A stretch of 64,000 nt of DNA from the NCBI GenBank assembly GCA_963804645.1, contig CAWDRG010000009.1, positions 160,001-224,000 on the forward strand, given 5' to 3'. The stretch comes from an uncultured Bacillota bacterium. GTDB taxonomy: Bacteria > Sysuimicrobiota > Sysuimicrobiia > Sysuimicrobiales > Segetimicrobiaceae. Position numbers and translations under genes: made by a program. Below the pieces are notes generated by a model that saw only the letters and a program-made list of their open reading frames with translations, had not been told where the DNA came from and made no database searches. Positions 54,552 to 64,000 of this stretch are shown here, one piece after another (within the stretch, counting starts at the first letter, position 1; every line of letters starts with the position of its first letter).

Positions 54552-55299
54552 CATTGGGAAGCCCTCTCCTGGCGGTTTGTACAGGACCGCAAGGGATGGC
54601 GCGTGCTCGCCACCGTGTCGGTGCCGGCCGGACCGAGGCGGAGCATGGAGCACCTCGGCGTGGTCGGCGTGGATCTCAACGCGGATCACCTCGCGGTGAC
54701 GGACGTGGACCGGTTCGGCAATCCGATCGCCGCCTTCCGCGTGCCGTGCCCGACGCGCGGCAAGCGCCATCACCAAGTGCGCGCGATCATTGGCGACGCG
54801 GTGGGCCAAGTCGTCACGTATGCCTGTCTCCAGCAGAAGCCCATCATCGTGGAACGCCTGCAGTTTGATGACAAGAAGGCGGCCCTGGAGCAGCGCGGCG
54901 CACGTTGCGCCCGGATGCTGTCGGGCTTCGCCTACGCGGCGCTCCACGCGATCATCGCAGCGCGCTGCGACGACGCGGGCATCGCCCTCCGGCGCGTCAA
55001 CCCCGCGTTCACGTCCGTGATCGGCGCGCACACCGTCGCCGCGCGCTACGGTCTCTCCCGGCACCACGCCGCCGCCTGCGCCATTGGGCGGCGGGGCATG
55101 CACCTCGCCGAGCGGCCTCCCCGCCGACTGGGCGACCACGTCACCGTCCCCCTACCCGTGCGGAATCGGGGGACGCATGTATGGTCGTTCTGGCGGCAGG
55201 TCGCGCGGCGGGACGCGGCGCTTCGAGCGCACGGACGGCCGGGCCCCCCCGGGGCCCGATCCTCGCTGGCACCGGCTCCGGGATCTCGACGGAGCGCGG

Positions 55300-55455
55300 C
55301 TCAGCGTGGGATCCATCGCACCAGCGGGTCGTCTGCTCCATCTGCCGGTGGAACTCCGGCACGCGAATCGCCAGCAGCACTGTTCGGCTGGCGTCTGGGG
55401 ACAGGTCCCATATGTCCGCAGAATAAGGAACGGTGGAGCGCCACTACCCGATGTT
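55300..55455 (+). ncRNA. Putative omega-RNA scaffold plus guide (5' limit uncertain)
   Basis: Consecutive hairpins TGCCGG/CCGGCA (55343-55361), CGCCAGC/GCTGGCG (55369-55393), GGACA/TGTCC (55399-55417) at the tnpB 3' end. Confidence 0.5.
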
Positions 55456-55521
55456 GTGATGTCCAGACATCGGGGCGCCCGTCGGGTGTCCACCCGGGTC
55501 GCGCGGGTATCCCGCGCGCCT

Positions 55522-55550
55522 TTGACTAGGGGCGGCGCAGGTCCTATAAT
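55522..55550 (+). promoter_or_regulatory. Sigma70 promoter of tRNA-Gly
   Basis: TTGACT-17 bp-TATAAT, 30 bp before the tRNA. Confidence 0.85.
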
Positions 55551-55580
55551 GTGCGGTAGTCGGTGATCGGGAGGACGCGA

Positions 55581-55657
55581 GCGGGAATAGCTCAGTCTGG
55601 TAGAGCATCTGCTTCCCAAGCAGAGGGTCGTGGGTTCGAATCCCATTTCCCGCTCCA
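55581..55657 (+). tRNA. tRNA-Gly(CCC)
   Basis: GCGGGAATAGCTCAG...TCTGC-TTCCCAA-GCAGA...GGTTCGAATCC...CCGCTCCA. Confidence 0.97.
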
Positions 55658-56475
55658 ACATTGATCTAAAGCCGCGAGACTTTCAGGCCGCGCCCGGATC
55701 CTCACCATCATTCGCATTGCGGCATTTCGCTACCGCCTGCTGCCCGAAACATCGCAGCAGCATCGGCAGTTGGCCGGACGCGATGCGCTCGCTGTTCGGA
55801 TGGCATGCGTGGAGCCGCAACCTCGTCGATGCGCTACTGGACTACGGAATCAACCGTCACCTCACTTCCGCGTCCCAGCCCCGTGATTGGTGCCCAGGGC
55901 GTCGCGCCGGTCTCGAGTCGTCGCGTCGCGCCAATGAGCGGCGAACAAGTTTGCCCAGTCCAAGCGGGGTCCCTCGTCGACGACGGCGCCTCGAATGGCG
56001 GCCCTTGTGCTACGGCATGCGTGGCGGTGGTCGGCTGGAACCGCGCAAGCTTTCGTCATCGATCGGCTGGCATCGAGGAGAGATGCCACGCCGTCACGAC
56101 TCCATCTCGGTAAGGAGCATGCTACGCTGGCCGCCGGGCCTGCGTGATCCTACCGGTACGGCGAGCGAGCTGACGACCGTAGCGGACCCCGATCGCCACG
56201 CTCAACCGATCACGGTGTTGACCCTGGAGCGAACTGATTCGTTCGCGAAGACACATGCGCCAAGCGGCAGCCACTCATGCAGGGAATCTATACAAAAAGC
56301 CGTCGTTGACTAACCCACCATCTAATCCATCATCCGGATGAGGAACAGATGTTGGGTCTGTAAGGAGCTTCTTCGAGCTGCTACGGTGGGCTAGTCGTAG
56401 TCTTCGCTCCCTTCAGTCCAATCGTCTCTCGTCCACGATGGGCATGTCCCAATCAAAGAGGGGGCGCCTGCGACT

Positions 56476-57339
56476 ATGAACAGCATCTGGCCCTGGATGA
56501 GATATGCCGGCCTTGTGCTAGCGTTCACGCTCGTGCCGTCCGCCGCCAGCGCCGTCACTATGGCTCCCACGGCCACCGGATTTGGAGTGGATGACAGCAA
56601 TACCAGCACCCTCATGCCGTTTGGTGCTCAGTACATTACCTCGTCCAACTTTTTGAACAATGCGATAGCTAATTCGGCTTTCAACAACGCCAACTGGGTG
56701 TTCCAATTCGTCAACGGCACCACCACCCCATTCGTCCCGGCCAGCGACTTCACCGTCGCCCCCTATTCTGCATGGGTGGTGACCAACGATCCGGTCGCGG
56801 ATCCGGGCGGGACCATGCATAACAGGCCCGTCAGCGGTGCCGATGGCGGCGGCGCGGATTTCGCGTTGACGTATACGCCGCGGGCGAACAGCACGGATCC
56901 AGCAGCGGCGTCCATCGACTTTCTTCAGATCTACCAAGAGAGCCTCAATGGTCAAGCCGCGACCTTCCATGTGGACAACGGGCAGGCGGGAACGCCTTTT
57001 TACAACCCTGGGTTTGTGAGCAGCATCGGGGCGAATAGCAGCTGGATGTTCGATATCTCATACGATTGTGAGAATGGCCTGACCGGAGAAACGCAGAACA
57101 ATCAACCCACATGCGCGGGCGGAACGGACGAGTCGCTTCTCAGCTCCGCGCTCAACTTCCAAACGTTCATCGCGGTCGACACTGTGGTTGGCACCACGAA
57201 TACGGTGAATTTGTATGGCGGTGAGGCGTGGGGATATCTCTATAGCAACTTGGATCCTGTGCCGAAGCCTTCATCGCTCGTCCTCCTCGGCTCTGGGCTG
57301 ATGGGGTTATTCCTGTATGGGAGAAGAAGGTTCGCGTAA
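56476..57339 (+). CDS. PEP-CTERM-type surface protein (variant VPKP)
   Basis: Signal peptide; C-terminus PVPKPSSLVLLGSGLMGLFLYGRRRFA. Confidence 0.85.
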   Translation: MNSIWPWMRYAGLVLAFTLVPSAASAVTMAPTATGFGVDDSNTSTLMPFGAQYITSSNFLNNAIANSAFNNANWVFQFVNGTTTPFVPASDFTVAPYSAWVVTNDPVADPGGTMHNRPVSGADGGGADFALTYTPRANSTDPAAASIDFLQIYQESLNGQAATFHVDNGQAGTPFYNPGFVSSIGANSSWMFDISYDCENGLTGETQNNQPTCAGGTDESLLSSALNFQTFIAVDTVVGTTNTVNLYGGEAWGYLYSNLDPVPKPSSLVLLGSGLMGLFLYGRRRFA

Positions 57340-57622
57340 GACACCCAACAGCCTCTCCACATCACCGGTGCGCCGTCAACGTCTACTGGAACGCGGAATG
57401 CGAGCGCTGGGCTGGGGCACAGGGTGGGCGTTGCCCCAAACAACCGCCGTCGATCGTGCAGTGACAACGTGGGCAGTTGGGCGGTGATTGCATTCCCTGT
57501 CCCGCAGGAGCATCAAGACGGGTTGGCAAACGGAGGGGGCGCGCACTCCGGACCCACGCCCCCCTTTGCGGACCTCTCGCTAGTCCGCCCAAAAAAATCG
57601 TCACCGAACCGGGTGAATTCCT

Positions 57623-57830
57623 TCAACCTTGAATGACCCACCCCGTAGTCGAACTAGCGAATCGGCGCCGCCGTCGCGCGCCGTAGCCGATCATGCCGGC
57701 AAGGGCAGTGCCAAGAAGCATGAGGCTAGAAGGTTCAGGCACGACCATCAGCGAGATCCGGTCGCTCGTCACTGAACTGCCGGGAGACGGAAAGTCGCCG
57801 TCATTAAGTACGGCAACACTCAGATTCATC
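57623..57830 (-). pseudogene. Remnant of a PEP-CTERM protein
   Basis: VVPEPSSLMLLGTALAGMIGYGARRRRR without a plausible signal peptide or start. Confidence 0.6.
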
Positions 57831-58060
57831 GGCGCCGTGGCCACAGGGAAATTCGTTGTGGCTGCGGTGGTTCGGGCGGACGTCAACGTCTCGACCGTCT
57901 CGCGGTCGGTTGCTGCGGCATCATGCCCGTCCGCGCTGCGCGGGACGGATGCCGGCTCATCAGTGAACGGCCGCCGGCGAGCCGCAGCCAAGCGCACCGC
58001 GTGCGGCGCCGCACGCGGTGCGCCCTTACTCCCCTCGGGTGAGAGATCGATCGCCCGCGA

Positions 58061-59446
58061 CTACGCCCTCGCCGGCTTGATGTTCTGGTTCACGCTGAAG
58101 ACGTTGTCTGGATCGTACTGCCGCTTAATCGAGGCCAACCGCGCGTAGTTGCCGCGGTAGGTCGCCTTCACGCGATCCTCGCCCTCGTCCATCATGAAGT
58201 TTACGTAGGCGCCGCCGGCCGAGTACGGGTGCAGGGCGTTCCAGTAATCCTTGGCCCACCGGGTGATGCGGTCCTTGTTCGCCGGATCGGGATCCACGCC
58301 GATCATCACCATCGCCCACTTCGCGTCGCGGTAGCCCCAGGCGGTGTCGCGCTCCCCGACCCGGCTGGCCGCACCATCGATCGGGTACAGGTGCATCGTG
58401 GACAGCATCGTGGGCATTGCCGGCCCGTACGATGCGTGCTGCGCGATCGCCGCGTTGCTGAGGTCCTTGACGAAGTCGGCACGCCAGTACCATTGGAGGC
58501 CGGGCGGATAGAGCGGGTCGAACAGGCTCTGGAGCGCGGGATGCGGCACCGGCCCCACGTGCTCGAGCGCGGGCTTTTTGAACCGGCGTACCGGTGCCAG
58601 GACCGCCGCCTCCAGCCGTTCGGCGGGCCCCGTGTAGCACCACAGGACCCCGCACATCTTCTTCAGATGGAGGTGCTCGGGGAACAGCGGCGCGGGCGGG
58701 ATTGTGAGAAATGCAAAGAAGCCCGCCACGTCGTCCGGCGCGGCGGGCAGGAACTCGCGGTACCACTGCAAGACCTCGCTCGCATCCTCGACGGGCCACA
58801 ACGTCGGGCCGGCGCACACCGTGCTGACCGGATGCAGCCGGAAAAGGAACGACGTCACGATCCCGAAGTTGCCGCCGCCGCCACGGATCGCCCAGAACAG
58901 GTCGGGGTGCGACTCCGGGCTCGCGGTGACGAACTGGCCGTCGGCCAGCACCATGTCGGCCTCGAGCAGGCTGTCAATGGAAAGCCCGTACTTTCGCGTG
59001 AGGTGCCCCAATCCGCCTCCAAGCGTCAGCCCCCCGACGCCGGTCGTCGACACTATTCCGCTCGGGACCGCCATCCCGAAGGCGTGCGTCGCGTGATCCA
59101 CGTCACCTAGTGTGGTGCCACCTCCGACCTGGACCGTCCGCTGCGCCGGGTCGACCCGCACGTACCGGATCGGCGACAGATCGATGACCAGCCCGTCGTC
59201 GCAAACGCCGAGCCCGGCCGCGTTGTGCCCCCCGCACCGCACCGCGATCGGCAGCCGCTGCTCGCGGCCGAACCGCAGAGCGGCCATCACGTCGCCCGTG
59301 TCCGTACAGCGCGCAATCAGCGCGGGATGCCGGTTGATCATCCCGTTGTGGACCTTTCGGGCCGCCTCGTAGTCGGCATCGTCCCGCCCCACGACCTGCC
59401 CCCGAAAACCGGTCTTCAATGCGGCCACCGCCGCCTGCTCTGGCAT
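58061..59446 (-). CDS. FAD-binding oxidoreductase (berberine-bridge/VAO family)
   Basis: VRCGGHN, GLTLGGG.G, DLFWAIRGGGGNFG, YVNF, K.QYDP.NVF. Confidence 0.93.
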   Translation of the reverse strand: MPEQAAVAALKTGFRGQVVGRDDADYEAARKVHNGMINRHPALIARCTDTGDVMAALRFGREQRLPIAVRCGGHNAAGLGVCDDGLVIDLSPIRYVRVDPAQRTVQVGGGTTLGDVDHATHAFGMAVPSGIVSTTGVGGLTLGGGLGHLTRKYGLSIDSLLEADMVLADGQFVTASPESHPDLFWAIRGGGGNFGIVTSFLFRLHPVSTVCAGPTLWPVEDASEVLQWYREFLPAAPDDVAGFFAFLTIPPAPLFPEHLHLKKMCGVLWCYTGPAERLEAAVLAPVRRFKKPALEHVGPVPHPALQSLFDPLYPPGLQWYWRADFVKDLSNAAIAQHASYGPAMPTMLSTMHLYPIDGAASRVGERDTAWGYRDAKWAMVMIGVDPDPANKDRITRWAKDYWNALHPYSAGGAYVNFMMDEGEDRVKATYRGNYARLASIKRQYDPDNVFSVNQNIKPARA

Positions 59447-59614
59447 GACGCCCCTCCCTTCGGACGTGTCGGCATCAGTGCTCCTACCCACCCGGACGGC
59501 CCGTGGTACGCCTGCCTCCTTCCCCCCCACCGCGGAACGGGGGCGTCCGGTGGAGGCATCCTACGGGATGCGGCGTTCGGAAAGCGTTCGCCCGAGGAGG
59601 CGCCGCCGGCCTGG

Positions 59615-62600
59615 CTACGGACGGAGGCGCGCCCCGGCGTCGAGGAGATCGGGGGTGTCGAGCCCCTCGGTAAACCACCCGTGGATCGGCCCGAGCAGGG
59701 CCTGCGCGTCGTCCCGCCGGCCGTGCGCGATCCAGCGGTCGGCGAGGCTGATCGCGGCGCGGAGCTCGAGCGACTTGCTGCCCTGCGTGCGGGCGACGTC
59801 CAGCGCCTTGGACAGCTCCGGCTCCCCCATCCCGTTGCCCAGGATCCCCTTCAACCGGTGCAGCTCGGCGCTCCACCAGACATCGTGGTTGGCGGCGGCG
59901 GTGGCGAGCGCCGCGTCCAGCACGGCGTGCGCGACGTTGCGCCGTCCCGCACGCGCGTGAATCTCCGCCAGCAGCGACAGAAAGTACGGACGCCGCGACT
60001 CGGCCCCCATGGCCCGAAGGCGGTCGAGCGCCTGCTCGGCCTCCGCGACGGCGTCGCCGCTCGGATCGTCGGCGGAGCGCGCCCAGGCCCGGATGATGGC
60101 GCCCCACTCGCCGTAGTACGCGAACCCGTACCGCAGGCTGAGCATATGGGCCTCTTCCGCACACAGCCGGCACTCTGCCGAATCTCGCGCCAGCTGGAAG
60201 AGGATCGCCCCGTAGGCGCGCGCCAACACCTGGCTGTGGGGATGCGCGATGGCGTCCGCAACGCGCATGGCGCGACGCGCACGCTCCCGTGCCTGATCGA
60301 GATAGCCCTCAAGCCAGAGGCCGTGCGACGACCACGCCAGCAGAAACACCCGGAGGTCCGTTCCGTACAGCGTCGAGCGCGGACGCCCAAAATCCTGGAG
60401 CCGCATGGCCTCGTCGAAGCACGCGCGCGCACGCGCAAAGGCTCCGGCGCTCGCCAGGCCGCCGCCCAACACGTGCAGGCTCTCGACCAGAAACGCGCCG
60501 AGCCGTTTGGCCATTCGATGGAACTCTTCCGCGAGCGCCGTCTCCGTCCGGATGTTGCCTCGCACGAAATGCAGCCCGCACAGCCCCCACAGGATGCGCA
60601 GGACCGCTTCATCCTCACCGAGGCGCTCCGCCAGGGTCCGCGCACGCTCCAAGCTCTGCTCCATGTCCGGTGTCGCATACCCGGAAGTCGCATTGAGCGG
60701 GGCGGTGAGCGCGAGCTGTAGCGCGAGCTCCTGCCGGTCTCGCTGGAGGGTCTCCGGTGCCTGGTCCAGCAGCGCAAGCGCCTTGCGCAGATGCCGAATG
60801 GCCTCTTCGTTCGCGCAGACTCGTGTGGCCTGCCGGGCAGCCCGCTCGTACCATTCGATGGCGCGGTCGTGGACGCCGGCCTGGTCGTACTGCGCGGCGA
60901 CGTGCGCGCTCACGCCGTCGAGGTCGGACGCGTGCAGTCGTTCCAGCGCCTGCGCGATGCGTCGATGGAGGAGCCGCCGCGTCGGGGGGCTCAGCTCCGC
61001 GTAGGTCGCGTCGCGGAGTCGGTCGTGGCTGAAGTCGTAGGCATCATCCGCGCGTTCGCGCAGGATGCGGCGGCGCCACAATTCATCCAGCGCGCGAACG
61101 AGCTCCGGCTCCGCGAGAGTGCCAGCGTCGCGAACCAGGTCGAGACGGAAGTCCCGGCCAATCGCCGCGGCAATGCCGGAGACCTCCCGCGCCGCCGGCG
61201 ACAGCTGCGCCAACCGGGCGCCGATCACCGCCTGGACCTTCGCCGGGAGGACGGCCACCTCGGCGCCGGAGCCGCCGGGCGCGTGCAGCGGGAGACCCGA
61301 CCGGACCGTTTCGATCACGAAGAGCGGATGGCCCTGGGTGCGGTGGTACAGCGCTGCGAGTTCGTGCGGATCGAGACGCCGGTCCGCCACGTGCTGCGCG
61401 AGTTCGGCAGTGTCGGAATCGCTCAACGCCCCCAACTCGATGTCCTCGATCTGGCCGGATTGGCGCAGGGCCAGCAGCAGCGCAGCGAGCGCGCGGTTGT
61501 CGACCTGCTCCTCGGTGCGAACGGTGCCAACCACCAAAACGCGCGCTGTGGGGTGGGAGCGGAGCAGAAACCCGAGCCACTCAAGCGTGTCCTCGTCACA
61601 CCACTGAAGGTCGTCGAGCAGCAGGAGGATAGGGCTGGCGGCGAGCACTCCGCGCGCCACCGCATCAAACAAGCGGCGCCGCTGCCAGCCGTCCGCCGGG
61701 AGGGACGGGACGGCGACGCCGGGGTGCGCCTCCGCGAGTTCGGGCAGGAGCCGGACGAGGTCCTGAAGCCAGACGGCGTCCAGCCGCCGTACGGCGGCGT
61801 TGATTGCCGGCGACCGCAGCCACTCGACGATCGGACCAAATGCCAGCCGGCCCTCAGCAGCGTAGGACCGGGTACGCGCAATTGGCAGGTGCTGCGCCGC
61901 GCACCACGCCAGCAGTTCCTCCGCGAGTCGCGTCTTGCCGATTCCCGCCTCTCCGTGAACCACCGCGCACAGCGCGCGCCCTCCGGCCGCCCGGTGCCAT
62001 GCCGCAAGCAGGCGCTGCCACTCCGGGGCCCGGCCGACCAAGGTGGGCGCGGTCTCGAGGGGCGCCTGCGGCGGTGCGGCCGCCTCCAGATCCAGGAGGC
62101 GCCGATACGACTCCCGCGTCTCGGCGTCCGGCTCGACATCGAGGCCGCGCCGCAGCGCGGTGGCGCACGCATGGTAGGCCTGTACGGCCGATGCGCGGTC
62201 GCCGCTGAGCATCAGTAGCCGCATGAGACGGCGATAGGCACCTTCGCTCAAGGGGTCGAGCTGGAGGAGCTGTCGGACGCGCCCGATGGCCTCGCCGTAT
62301 ACGCGCCGCAGTTCGAGGAGGTCTGCAAGATCCTCCAGCGCCTTGAGGCACCGGTGCCGCAGACGGTCGCGCTCTGGCACGATCCACTCTTCGTAGCAGT
62401 CCGGCAGCAGATCGCCCCGGTACAGCCCCAGGGCCTCCTCGAGCGCGTCTCGCGCCGGCTGAAGACCATCGCCGTACGCCCGGGCCAGCGCCTCCTCGAA
62501 CTCGCGCACGTCCGCCTCGTACGGAGCATCCGCGCGCCACTCGAGGACCTTGTCATCGATCCGGAGGCACCGCTCGATGTCGGGTACGACGCGCCGCAGA

Positions 62601-62845
62601 TGATGGAGCTCCCGCCGCAGGTTCGTGAGCGCCTGCGCCTCCTCGGAGTCGGGCCAGAACAGGAACGCGAGCCGCTGACGGGGCTGGGGGTGCTGGCGAT
62701 GAAGAATCAAATAGGCAAGCAGCGACCGCTGGCGCCCCGACCGCACGCCCGTGAGTGGGCCACCGCCGTACGTGACACGAAATCCGCCCAACAACTCGAT
62801 ACGCAGGCCGGATTCGACCACGCTGATTCCCGCCCTTCGGGCCAA
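59615..62845 (-). CDS. SARP-type regulator (HTH-BTAD, AAA ATPase, TPR)
   Basis: LLGGF, LYRGDLL, LDPLSE, Walker A GEAGIGKT, LLDDLQW, FSHDRLR. Confidence 0.92.
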   Translation of the reverse strand: MARRAGISVVESGLRIELLGGFRVTYGGGPLTGVRSGRQRSLLAYLILHRQHPQPRQRLAFLFWPDSEEAQALTNLRRELHHLRRVVPDIERCLRIDDKVLEWRADAPYEADVREFEEALARAYGDGLQPARDALEEALGLYRGDLLPDCYEEWIVPERDRLRHRCLKALEDLADLLELRRVYGEAIGRVRQLLQLDPLSEGAYRRLMRLLMLSGDRASAVQAYHACATALRRGLDVEPDAETRESYRRLLDLEAAAPPQAPLETAPTLVGRAPEWQRLLAAWHRAAGGRALCAVVHGEAGIGKTRLAEELLAWCAAQHLPIARTRSYAAEGRLAFGPIVEWLRSPAINAAVRRLDAVWLQDLVRLLPELAEAHPGVAVPSLPADGWQRRRLFDAVARGVLAASPILLLLDDLQWCDEDTLEWLGFLLRSHPTARVLVVGTVRTEEQVDNRALAALLLALRQSGQIEDIELGALSDSDTAELAQHVADRRLDPHELAALYHRTQGHPLFVIETVRSGLPLHAPGGSGAEVAVLPAKVQAVIGARLAQLSPAAREVSGIAAAIGRDFRLDLVRDAGTLAEPELVRALDELWRRRILRERADDAYDFSHDRLRDATYAELSPPTRRLLHRRIAQALERLHASDLDGVSAHVAAQYDQAGVHDRAIEWYERAARQATRVCANEEAIRHLRKALALLDQAPETLQRDRQELALQLALTAPLNATSGYATPDMEQSLERARTLAERLGEDEAVLRILWGLCGLHFVRGNIRTETALAEEFHRMAKRLGAFLVESLHVLGGGLASAGAFARARACFDEAMRLQDFGRPRSTLYGTDLRVFLLAWSSHGLWLEGYLDQARERARRAMRVADAIAHPHSQVLARAYGAILFQLARDSAECRLCAEEAHMLSLRYGFAYYGEWGAIIRAWARSADDPSGDAVAEAEQALDRLRAMGAESRRPYFLSLLAEIHARAGRRNVAHAVLDAALATAAANHDVWWSAELHRLKGILGNGMGEPELSKALDVARTQGSKSLELRAAISLADRWIAHGRRDDAQALLGPIHGWFTEGLDTPDLLDAGARLRP

Positions 62846-62989
62846 CGCCCCTCCGCGTCAGCACCGCAGTCCTGGAGAGCGCCGTCGATGATCCCTCGAC
62901 CGTTCGCCGCCCCGGCACAGTGGTCCTGTCGCCGCACTCGCGCGTGCGCCTTTCGCGCGTTCCCCCCAACCTTCACGGGACGAACTACA

Positions 62990-63324
62990 TCCGACAGCTA
63001 CGACCTTGACTCGCCCGGTAGACAGCCCACGCCTCTTAGGCTTCACGACGATCTCAATGTCTCGGTCGAGAGCGACGAGAAACCGAAGTAAGCGATCAAT
63101 GGAGAAGCCCTGAAGGCGGCCACGGATAAGCGCGGACACCTTGGGTTGATCAACGCCGAGACGCCGGGCGGCCTCGGCTTGGGCCAAACGCCGAGTTCCA
63201 ATAATCATGCTAATCGTCGGGCTAGCTCTGCTTTCGCCAACGCCTCTTCGGCCCCCTCGACTCGCAGATCCGAGAACACGTTGCGAGTGCTCGTGGTCAA
63301 TGGGATAGTCTTCTTCGGACTCAT
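62990..63324 (-). pseudogene. XRE/HTH antitoxin-like gene (frameshift near 63210; 3' end uncertain)
   Basis: NVFSDL...AKAEL then QAEAARRLGVDQPKVSAL.RGRL.GFSIDRL in another frame. Confidence 0.7.
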
Positions 63325-63913
63325 GGCTTGGTTGCCCCCTCCCGCTCGAAGTGCGGGCGCGATACAAACGGTCTCGGATAAGGTGGCACGGTTTGCGGGA
63401 AAGGTGCCGGGCACTGTAGCCAAACTGTAGCCGGGGGTCCGATCCAGGGGTGCGGACCTCCGTATCCGCGCTTCGCTTCCCATGATTGCCGTTCGCCAAA
63501 GAGCCTTAGATACGCTCACGCCGGGTTTTTCCGCGACCTGCCAGAGGGCTACCGCCGTCCCTAGCCGCGCTCCGCCGCACCCTGTGGCGCCTGCGGATTG
63601 CCGTGAACCCCTGTTCGGAGCGGGCTCGGCGGATCAAAACGGCCGGGAGGACGAAAATGCGGCTGCCTGTCGGCCAGACCCCCCAAAAAATGGCCACATT
63701 GACGGGAAGTCGCAAAAATCGTTCATTGGCATGATATTCGAGGTCGTTTCAAACAGGTTACCTTAAACATAATAAGATATGGCGATTTTACCTCCGTAAC
63801 TGGGGGGGTTATAGCACCGTTCGTTACTCAAGAACACCCAGGACTCGCTGCAAAAGGGGGGGTGATCGTCGCAAGCGGGTTGGGCAAGGTCAATCTTCGC
63901 GAGGAGGTAGCGC

Positions 63914-64000
63914 ATGAAGATTGGACGATGTTTCGGTGTTGTTCTTGGTATTACCGCAGCGCTCGGGTTCGGCGTCATGGCCACGGGCGTCGGGATGCCG
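63914..64000 (+). CDS. Start of a probable secreted protein (runs off window)
   Basis: GAGGAGG RBS; MKIGRCFGVVLGITAALGFG signal-like. Confidence 0.55.
   Translation, partial: MKIGRCFGVVLGITAALGFGVMATGVGMP

Larger units (their letters stand above)
51891..55433 (+). mobile_element. IS607-like element (decayed tnpA + tnpB-related gene), ends inferred
   Basis: GTTGA-rich left end, serine-recombinase N-terminal remnant coupled to tnpB by TGATG, structured 3' end; ends placed at GG dinucleotides by analogy with IS607. Confidence 0.7.
52362..55529 (+). pseudogene. tnpB: TnpB/Cas12-like RuvC protein (566 aa when rejoined) interrupted by ISL3
   Basis: 52362-53092 + 54560-55529 = 1701 nt, in frame; RuvC-I GVDLN, RuvC-II IIVERL, VNPAFTS, RuvC-III region SRHHAAA..I.RRG. 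Confidence 0.85.

Overview
High-GC bacterial chromosomal window of host genes interrupted by three tRNA-anchored accessory regions. 0.6-11.7 kb (all minus strand): an operon of a SelA/DgaE-like PLP enzyme, two-subunit Fe-S fumarase/tartrate-dehydratase-like genes and an SdhA/B-like pair with a fused SdhD-SdhC anchor; upstream lie sthA, a methyltransferase, a cyclophilin and SulP. 12-18 kb: a Tat-exported beta-propeller gene divergent from a minor-pilin trio (PilV/PilW/PilX-like). 17.3-26.1 kb: a slightly diverged ~4.4-kb tandem duplication (pilX 3' half, tRNA-Ala fragment, Ysc84-domain gene, arylsulfatase). 18-32.8 kb: stacked integrase-less islands downstream of tRNA-Ala(TGC), marked by three tRNA 3' fragments; one island carries arsR-arsM-arsC-acr3. 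35.5-45 kb: island after tRNA-Ser(TGA) with two IS1380 elements and an integrase remnant. 45.6-51.8 kb: host genes (MBL hydrolase, acetamidase, xpt, NIPSNAP, PP-loop ATPase, queG, stand-alone coaB). 51.9-55.5 kb: IS607-like element with a duplicated left end, decayed serine-recombinase tnpA and an atypical TnpB/Cas12-like gene (His in RuvC-III, no Zn finger, omega-RNA-like hairpins) split by an ISL3; this is the most interesting candidate system. 55.6-64 kb: tRNA-Gly(CCC), PEP-CTERM genes, an FAD oxidoreductase and a SARP-type regulator. About eleven single frameshifts look like long-read indel errors. All calls come from motif recognition by eye; no database search was run.
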